Of a stretch of 64,000 nucleotides of DNA, positions 58,632 through 64,000 are shown piece by piece (within the stretch, counting starts at the first letter, position 1; the number at the start of each line of letters is the position of its first letter). Source of the DNA: an uncultured Eubacteriales bacterium. GTDB taxonomy: Bacteria; Bacillota; Clostridia; Christensenellales; Aristaeellaceae. The notes beneath the pieces were generated by a model. It saw only the letters and a program-made list of their open reading frames with translations. It made no database searches and had not been told where the DNA came from. A program made the position numbers and the translations under genes. The stretch is taken from assembly GCA_902788445.1 (NCBI GenBank), contig CADAKE010000007.1, positions 1,182 through 65,181 of the forward strand. The letters run 5' to 3'.

Positions 58632-58886
58632 GTGAGCCTGTCGGAACTGCGCACGAAGGATGTGGTGAACACCCTGGACGGAAAGCGCCTGGGAAAGGTG
58701 ATGGACATTGAGTTCGACGAGCGCGACGGCCGCGTGGACGCGCTGGTGGTGCCAGGCGAATTCAAGGTCGGCAACATGATCCGGGGCGAAAAGTGCGGCA
58801 TCGTTATCCCCTGGCAGCGAATCTGCAAGATCGGAGAAAACGTGATCCTGGTGGAACTGGAACCGGGTGATCTTGCGGATGATTAA
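58632..58886 (+). CDS. ylmC: YlmC/YmxH-family sporulation protein (PRC barrel)
   Basis: LSELRTKDVVNTLDGKRLGKVMDIEFDERDGRVDALVVPG; GTG start after GAGGGGG. Confidence 0.8.
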   Translation: MSLSELRTKDVVNTLDGKRLGKVMDIEFDERDGRVDALVVPGEFKVGNMIRGEKCGIVIPWQRICKIGENVILVELEPGDLADD

Positions 58887-58955
58887 TAAATGAAATATTT
58901 TTGAAATAATTTTGTAAATATTATGGACAAATTGAAAGAAAAAAGTTATAATAAT

Positions 58956-58992
58956 GACTGCGAAGGAAGGGATATTCTTCGCGGTCTTTTTT
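58956..58992 (+). terminator. intrinsic terminator after ylmC
   Basis: GACTGCGAAGGA / TTCTTCGCGGTC 12-bp stem (two G-U pairs) followed directly by T6. Confidence 0.8.
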
Positions 58993-59054
58993 ACATTGAT
59001 TTGCTTTTCGGTTGACCTTGTGAAAGTTCAGCCGGTTTCAAAGGAGGAAGAGCC

Positions 59055-59525
59055 GTGAAATGCCAGTTTTGTAATTGCGCCGACAGCCGCGTGGTAGACT
59101 CCCGTCCCACCGATGACGGTAACTCCATCCGCCGCCGCCGCGAGTGTATTAACTGCGGCAGGCGCTTCACCACCTATGAAAAGATCGAGGTGCAGCAGCT
59201 GCTGGTCATTAAAAAGGATAACTCCCGCGAACTGTTCGACCCCAAGAAGGTGCGCAGCGGCATTATCGCAGCCTGCCACAAGCGGCCCGTGAGCGCGGCG
59301 GAGATTGAGAAAGTGGTCAATTCCATTGAGCAGTTCGCGTATAATAATCTCCAGGAGGAAATCACCACCCGGCAGATCGGCGAAATGGTGATGGAATCCC
59401 TGCGCAAGCTGGACGAGGTGGCCTATATCCGCTTCGCCTCGGTGTACCGTTCCTTCACCGACATCCCCACCTTTATGCAGGAATTGAAGGCGCTGGTCGG
59501 CGACAAGGAAGAAGAAAAAGAATGA
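59055..59525 (+). CDS. nrdR: transcriptional repressor NrdR
   Basis: MKCQFCNCADSRVVDSRPTDDGNSIRRRRECINCGRRFTTYE zinc ribbon followed by an ATP-cone. GTG start after AAAGGAGG. Confidence 0.95.
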   Translation: MKCQFCNCADSRVVDSRPTDDGNSIRRRRECINCGRRFTTYEKIEVQQLLVIKKDNSRELFDPKKVRSGIIAACHKRPVSAAEIEKVVNSIEQFAYNNLQEEITTRQIGEMVMESLRKLDEVAYIRFASVYRSFTDIPTFMQELKALVGDKEEEKE

Positions 59526-59538
59526 CCTGTTTTTCCCG

Positions 59539-59566
59539 CGGCTGGTGTTGAAACCAGCCGTTTTTT
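59539..59566 (+). terminator. intrinsic terminator after nrdR
   Basis: CGGCTGGT / ACCAGCCG stem followed by T6. Confidence 0.85.
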
Positions 59567-59592
59567 CATGCGCGATTTATTCTGAGAAACGA

Positions 59593-59622
59593 TTGACAAA
59601 CAGCCTTATCTCCTGCTAAAAT
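59593..59622 (+). promoter_or_regulatory. sigma-70-type promoter candidate
   Basis: TTGACA, 18-nt spacer, TAAAAT, about 50 nt upstream of the phosphoribosyltransferase gene. Confidence 0.55.
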
Positions 59623-59671
59623 AAACAGTAACAATCTGTTACGAATACGAAGGAGAGAAGGCTTCTTTGAT

Positions 59672-60232
59672 ATGGGCATGACTTATCCGATGCATGTGGC
59701 CGGGCTGAAGCGCGACCTGCCGCTTTGCAAAGTGACCGATGACCTGTACATTGGCGCGTTCGTGATTTTTGGCGACGTGGAATTGACCGTCGCCTGCGCG
59801 CGGGAACTGCTGAAAAAGGCCCCGGAATACGACGTGCTGATCACCGCCGAATCCAAAGGCATCCCGCTGGCCTACGAAATGGCGCGGCAGGCGGGCACCA
59901 ACCGCTATCTGCTGGCGCGCAAATCCCCCAAGCTGTACATGAAGAATGTGTTTACCGTGAAGGTGAACTCCATCACCACCGCCAAGGAACAAATCCTGTG
60001 CATCGACCAGGACGACGTGGACTTCATGCGGGGCAAGCGCGTGCTGATCGTGGACGACGTGATTTCCACCGGCGAGTCCCTGCGGGCCGTGGAAGAACTG
60101 GTCAAGCAGGCGGGCGGCAACATCGTGGGCCGCATGGCGATCCTGGCCGAGGGCGACGCCACCGAGCGGGACGACATCATCTACCTGGAAAAGCTGCCGC
60201 TGTTCAACGCCGACGGCACTGTGAAAGAATAA
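59672..60232 (+). CDS. phosphoribosyltransferase-family protein (purine/adenine PRT-like)
   Basis: PRPP-binding motif VLIVDDVISTGESL; 186 aa. Confidence 0.8.
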   Translation: MGMTYPMHVAGLKRDLPLCKVTDDLYIGAFVIFGDVELTVACARELLKKAPEYDVLITAESKGIPLAYEMARQAGTNRYLLARKSPKLYMKNVFTVKVNSITTAKEQILCIDQDDVDFMRGKRVLIVDDVISTGESLRAVEELVKQAGGNIVGRMAILAEGDATERDDIIYLEKLPLFNADGTVKE

Positions 60233-60245
60233 TCCTTTGTCAAAC

Positions 60246-60280
60246 AAAAAAGGCCGATGCTTCCGCAACGGTCTTTTTTT
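60246..60280. terminator. bidirectional intrinsic terminator between convergent genes
   Basis: A6, then GGCCGATGC-TTCC-GCAACGGTC (one mismatch, one G-U pair), then T7. Confidence 0.8.
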
Positions 60281-60297
60281 CTTGCTGATTCCGCGGA

Positions 60298-60525
60298 TCA
60301 GGCCTTCTGCCATTCGTCCGCCTTGGCGGCAGAGATGCGCTTGATGGTTTCTTCCGCGTAGGGAGATTCCGCGCCGCCGACGCCGTACAGGAACAGCTTG
60401 CCGTCCTGGGTCTTATACAGCACTTCCTCATAACCGGTGGGATCGCCGAAGGAGCCGAACGCTTTCTTCTGGATCACTTCGGAAGCATCTGTATCATATT
60501 CGACCTTGCAAATAACCTTCTTCAT
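60298..60525 (-). CDS. small hypothetical protein
   Basis: 75-aa ORF MKKVICKVEYDTDASEV... with coding-like composition. No family recognised. Confidence 0.5.
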   Translation of the reverse strand: MKKVICKVEYDTDASEVIQKKAFGSFGDPTGYEEVLYKTQDGKLFLYGVGGAESPYAEETIKRISAAKADEWQKA

Positions 60526-60648
60526 GTTGCCGAGTCCTTTCATATACGGCCTGTGCCGTTTTCTTTCCGTGCTCCCCTGAGCACGGCTATATCATATCAC
60601 AGATAGATAATGAACGCAATGTCACTCATTTGTCTGAAAATTGCCAAA

Positions 60649-61449
60649 TCAGGCAAGTTCAGGCATTTTTCCCCAGTTTTTTGGCGCTTCCCCTGCCTTT
60701 TTTTCCATGCGGTGGGAAAGCTCCCGGCGCACATGCCCGGAGATCATCGAAAGGAATTCAGCATTTGTCGGCTTTCCCCGCTCCGCGTCCACGGAATATC
60801 CGAACAGGGATTGGATCGCGTTCAGGCTGCCGCGGAGCCAGGTGGCTTCCACTGCGGTGCGGATCGCTTTTTCTACTGCCTGGGGCGACGTATCAAAGAC
60901 GGACGCAAGATATGGATACAGCAGCCCGGCGTAGGAAGCGCCAAGCTGCGGCGCGCAGGCCAGCACGGACGCCGCCCGGCAGATATATTGTTCCCCCCGA
61001 TACCCCTGTGGTATACCCAGAAACGCCGCGTATTTTTCCGCGATGCTGTCCCTCTCTTTTTCCCACGGTTCCGCCAGGCGCGGCAGAGGCTTCCGGGCGG
61101 TTTCCTCAATCAGGCGAAGCAATCCGGTTTCATCGCTGTTCCATCGCGCCGCCGCGTCAGCGCCCTTTTGAAGCGCCATGCGAATCCATGCCTGTTCCCG
61201 GGCCAGATAGAGAACCCGGGGCGGCGCGGGCATCTCCGCGCTCATCTGTTCCAGGAAAGCCAGGCTGTCCACGCCCGCCAGCACGCCGTCCAGCAGCAAA
61301 AAATCCGGGCATAAGGCACGGACTGCCCGCGCCGTTTCTTCGCCCGAACCGCCGCCCAGCACATTTAAATCCTCCGCCAGGCCCAGCAGGGCTTCAAACC
61401 GCAGCGGCTCCATCGCGGCGATATAAACGCTCCGTTTCGCGTTTAACAT
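60649..61449 (-). CDS. Spo0A-like transcription factor with a degenerate receiver domain
   Basis: C-terminal Spo0A signature SPQAVEKAIRTAVEATWLRGSLNAIQSLFGYSVDAERGKPTNAEFLSMI. The N-terminal receiver-like fold lacks the acidic pair (AAME instead of ADD). Start set to ATG 61449. Confidence 0.7.
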   Translation of the reverse strand: MLNAKRSVYIAAMEPLRFEALLGLAEDLNVLGGGSGEETARAVRALCPDFLLLDGVLAGVDSLAFLEQMSAEMPAPPRVLYLAREQAWIRMALQKGADAAARWNSDETGLLRLIEETARKPLPRLAEPWEKERDSIAEKYAAFLGIPQGYRGEQYICRAASVLACAPQLGASYAGLLYPYLASVFDTSPQAVEKAIRTAVEATWLRGSLNAIQSLFGYSVDAERGKPTNAEFLSMISGHVRRELSHRMEKKAGEAPKNWGKMPELA

Positions 61450-61901
61450 GAAGCGCCTCTTTTTTTCCGGTTCGGATGCCAGAAGCTGGAAAAGATAACG
61501 GAAGAAATGGTGATCGCCATGGCGATGCCGCAAATGCCCAGGAGCGTGGCCGCGCCGGTCTGCACGGCGAGGCTGTATTCGCCGTCCACCACAAAGCGCA
61601 TCGTCCGGTACAGCCCGACGCCGGGCACCAACGGAACAATCGCGCCCGTTACAAACAGCGTCGCCGCTCGCTTCATCAGCCGGGCGGCCAGTTCACAGCT
61701 CAGCCCAATCAACAAACTGGCCAGGAAGTAGGCCAGCGTGCTTTGCCCAAGGAGCAGGAAAACGCTGTAGCCGACGATGCTCACCAGGGAACTGACCGGG
61801 ATGGTGTTCCTGGGCTCGCGCAGCAGCACGGAAAAACTGGCCGCGGCAATGCCGCAGGCGATCAGCTGAACCCACCAGCTCACCGCAGTCCACCTCCCCA
61901 C
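61443..61901 (-). CDS. threonine/serine exporter family protein (ThrE C-type, DUF3815)
   Basis: Four to five TM helices; 152 aa; overlaps its partner gene. Confidence 0.7.
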   Translation of the reverse strand: MGRWTAVSWWVQLIACGIAAASFSVLLREPRNTIPVSSLVSIVGYSVFLLLGQSTLAYFLASLLIGLSCELAARLMKRAATLFVTGAIVPLVPGVGLYRTMRFVVDGEYSLAVQTGAATLLGICGIAMAITISSVIFSSFWHPNRKKRGASC

Positions 61902-62644
61902 ATGCTCAGCGTCAGCCCAATGCCGGCGGCCAGCATCATCACGGACAAAATGGCCTCTCCCAGCCTCGCGCCGCCGGAGACCAGGTCGCCCCGGATGGTA
62001 TCGCGCATGGCGTTGGTGGTGGCAAGGCCCGGCAGCAAGGGCATGATGGCCCCGCTGATGACAGGCTCAATATTCACGGAATCCACAATCAGCGTGCCCA
62101 GCAGGGCCAGCAGCGTCGTCAAAGCGCCCGCGATCATGCTGGAAATCAGCGGCGGGATCTTCATTTTTCCCAACGGCGTCAGCACCCACTGCACCAGCGC
62201 GCCGCAAAAAAAAGAAACGCCGAAGTCCGTCCAGCCGCCCCCCAGCATGACCGTAAAGCTGGCGGCGGTTACCGCGCTGGCGGCGATCAAAAGAAACCGC
62301 TTTTCTTTCCGGGGCTGCTTGATTCTCCGCAGGGCTTTCAGCGCTTCGTCGGCCGTCATGTTTCCGGAGGCCACTTTCCGGGAGATGTTATTGCATTCGT
62401 CGATCCGGTTCAGGTCGATCGACCGGCTGTGTACGCGCACCAGGCGGGTCAGCGTATTGTCCTCCTCCAGGGTCAGGGTCAGCATTAGCCCGGTCGGCAG
62501 CGCCATCACGTCCACCCGGGGGATGCCCAGCCCCTGGCACATCCTTTCCACTGTTTCCTCCGCGCGGTAGGTTTCCCCGCCGTTTTCCAGGATCAGCTGG
62601 GAAGCCAGGCATACCGCGTCCAGCGTGGTGGTGATGGAATCCAT
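61880..62644 (-). CDS. threonine/serine exporter family protein (ThrE N-type, DUF1212)
   Basis: ENGGETYRAEETVERM signature followed by TM helices; 254 aa. Confidence 0.8.
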   Translation of the reverse strand: MDSITTTLDAVCLASQLILENGGETYRAEETVERMCQGLGIPRVDVMALPTGLMLTLTLEEDNTLTRLVRVHSRSIDLNRIDECNNISRKVASGNMTADEALKALRRIKQPRKEKRFLLIAASAVTAASFTVMLGGGWTDFGVSFFCGALVQWVLTPLGKMKIPPLISSMIAGALTTLLALLGTLIVDSVNIEPVISGAIMPLLPGLATTNAMRDTIRGDLVSGGARLGEAILSVMMLAAGIGLTLSMWGGGLR

Positions 62645-62672
62645 GCCGAAATCCTCTCTTTTCCCCTGTGTA

Positions 62673-63302
62673 TTAAATCACCGTGGCCACGGCGAACAGG
62701 AACTGGGCCAGGTAATAGCAGCCCAGGCACACGTAATCGTACTTCTTGGAAGGGATGTTTTTCACGATGCGGAACAAAAGCATAGCGTCCGAAACGGCGA
62801 ACAGCAGCGCCGCCCCGAGGCAGAGCTTTCTCTGGGTCACAGCCATGGAAAGCATTGCGCTGATGATCAGGGCGTACCCCACATAGGGCAATACGCTTTT
62901 CCCGCCCGACAGTTTTTTCAGGGTCGGATACAGGGCGAACACGAGGCCTGCCAGCGCCAGGAAAACAATCACATTGATCACGCCCGGCGGGTTGAACGAT
63001 ACCATCGCCGCGCAGTAGCATAGATGCGCAAAGCCAAAGGCGACCGTCCCCGCGAGGAAATGACGATCCAGAATCACGTCCGCCACAACGCAAACGCAAA
63101 GCCCGACGACGATCAGGAGGCGAATGGCCGAAGGCTGGGAGAAATACCCGTACATGGCCAGCAGCGCCGACAGCGCGGTGGTGGAGCCTTTAAAAAACCA
63201 TTCCTGCCATTTATGATCCTCGGAACCCCATTTGATGGACTGATAGATCAGATACTGAACAATCATCAGCGCGAGGCAGCCGACGATCCAAACCCACTTC
63301 AT
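62673..63302 (-). CDS. YhhN-family (lysoplasmalogenase-like) membrane protein
   Basis: Seven or eight TM helices; FLAGTVAFGFAHLCY and LFAVSDAML motifs. Confidence 0.7.
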   Translation of the reverse strand: MKWVWIVGCLALMIVQYLIYQSIKWGSEDHKWQEWFFKGSTTALSALLAMYGYFSQPSAIRLLIVVGLCVCVVADVILDRHFLAGTVAFGFAHLCYCAAMVSFNPPGVINVIVFLALAGLVFALYPTLKKLSGGKSVLPYVGYALIISAMLSMAVTQRKLCLGAALLFAVSDAMLLFRIVKNIPSKKYDYVCLGCYYLAQFLFAVATVI

Positions 63303-63407
63303 GCGCCATGCTCCTTCCCCTCGGGACAGGTTGATAAAACCATTGCAACAATTCGACCGTTCCTGTTGGAATCCCGCAATCTCCTTTGCTGTTTAAAAAG
63401 CGCGCGG

Positions 63408-63737
63408 TCACGCAATTTCTGAAAGGCGATAGCCCGCCGCCTCGATCTTCCTGCGCATCTCCTGAAAGCGTTCCCTGTCCGACGTCTTTTTGGTAAACAG
63501 CGCCTTGAGCGCCGGTTCTTTTTCAAAAGCGATGCGCGTGTAGATCCGCTCGGAATAAAACAGGATATACTTAACATTTCCTTCCGCGCGGCACTCCCCC
63601 ACGCATTTGCCGTCGCCGCCGCGTTCCTGCTGGTACCGGGCCGCGCACTCGGCAAAGTCGATAAAGCCGCCCAGGGTATGAATCCCCTCGCTGGTGACTT
63701 CCTCCACGTCCCGATCCCAAAGTGTGAAGAAATCCAT
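63408..63737 (-). CDS. hypothetical protein
   Basis: 109-aa ORF with coding-like composition. Its start lies 12 nt downstream of the murC stop. No family recognised. Confidence 0.5.
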   Translation of the reverse strand: MDFFTLWDRDVEEVTSEGIHTLGGFIDFAECAARYQQERGGDGKCVGECRAEGNVKYILFYSERIYTRIAFEKEPALKALFTKKTSDRERFQEMRRKIEAAGYRLSEIA

Positions 63738-63751
63738 TTTTCTCCCCCCGT

Positions 63752-64000
63752 TTATCGGTCAGTATCTCCATGCAGCTGCATTTGCTCGTTCAGCAGGTTG
63801 ATGTTGCCGCAGCCCATGGTGAGCACCAGGTCGCCGGGCTGCCAATGGGCGCGGAGGTATTTTTCCGTGTCGTCAAAGGTGGCGGTATGCACGGCGTCAA
63901 TGCCGTGGGCTTTCATCCCCTCCACCACCATTTCGGCCTTAATGTCGCCGGGGTCTTTTTCCCGGGCGGCGAAAATGTCCGTCACCAGCGTATAGTCCGC
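63752..64000 (-). CDS. murC: UDP-N-acetylmuramate--L-alanine ligase, C-terminal fragment (gene continues beyond the window end)
   Basis: TDIFAAREKDPGDIKAEMV...PGDLVLTMGCGNINLL matches the MurC C-terminal domain. Confidence 0.8.
   Translation of the reverse strand, partial: ADYTLVTDIFAAREKDPGDIKAEMVVEGMKAHGIDAVHTATFDDTEKYLRAHWQPGDLVLTMGCGNINLLNEQMQLHGDTDR

Noticed and set aside
58924-58952. Near-consensus promoter box TGGACA, 17-nt spacer, TATAAT upstream of nrdR
   Set aside because: A transcript from it would begin inside the stem of the strong ylmC terminator (58956-58992) and stop about 35 nt later. It is more likely a chance match in AT-rich spacer DNA. A tiny transcript cannot be excluded.

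Overview
This is a 64-kb chromosomal window, about 60% GC by eye and densely coding, with about 58 protein genes. I saw no rRNA, tRNA, CRISPR, transposase, integrase or phage genes. Gene content and order fit a high-GC member of the Clostridia, possibly Oscillospirales-like; the taxon is inference only. Housekeeping strings are rbgA-rnhB-yraN ... comM-dprA-topA-trmFO-hslV-hslU-cmk-plsC, plus mnmA, polA-coaE, ylmC, nrdR and murC. Accessory genes are interleaved with these:
- a 1391-aa double GT-C glycosyltransferase
- a collagen-like protein with a GT2-TPR partner
- a UDP-sugar operon with an HTH-fused Ugd
- an Etf-linked lactate dehydrogenase operon (lctBCD-like)
- a COG0523 metallochaperone pair
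- S41 and caspase-like secreted proteases
- a DUF2233/Lgt-like/RCC1 operon
- a REC-GGDEF-EAL-TM-GGDEF protein
- a Spo0A-like paralogue
Two non-coding signals are the most unusual things here. (1) Nine intergenic long hairpins have arms built from tandem 7-nt units in four 'dialects', always with the purine-rich arm 5', and mostly just after stop codons. (2) Two copies of a roughly 320-410 nt multi-stem element (14245-14653 and 52328-52648) carry compensatory changes and non-triplet indels, so they look like an unclassified large structured RNA. rnhB appears broken by an internal out-of-frame deletion. Many long antisense ORFs in the six-frame track are GC-driven artefacts. All calls come from reading the sequence and translations; no searches were run.
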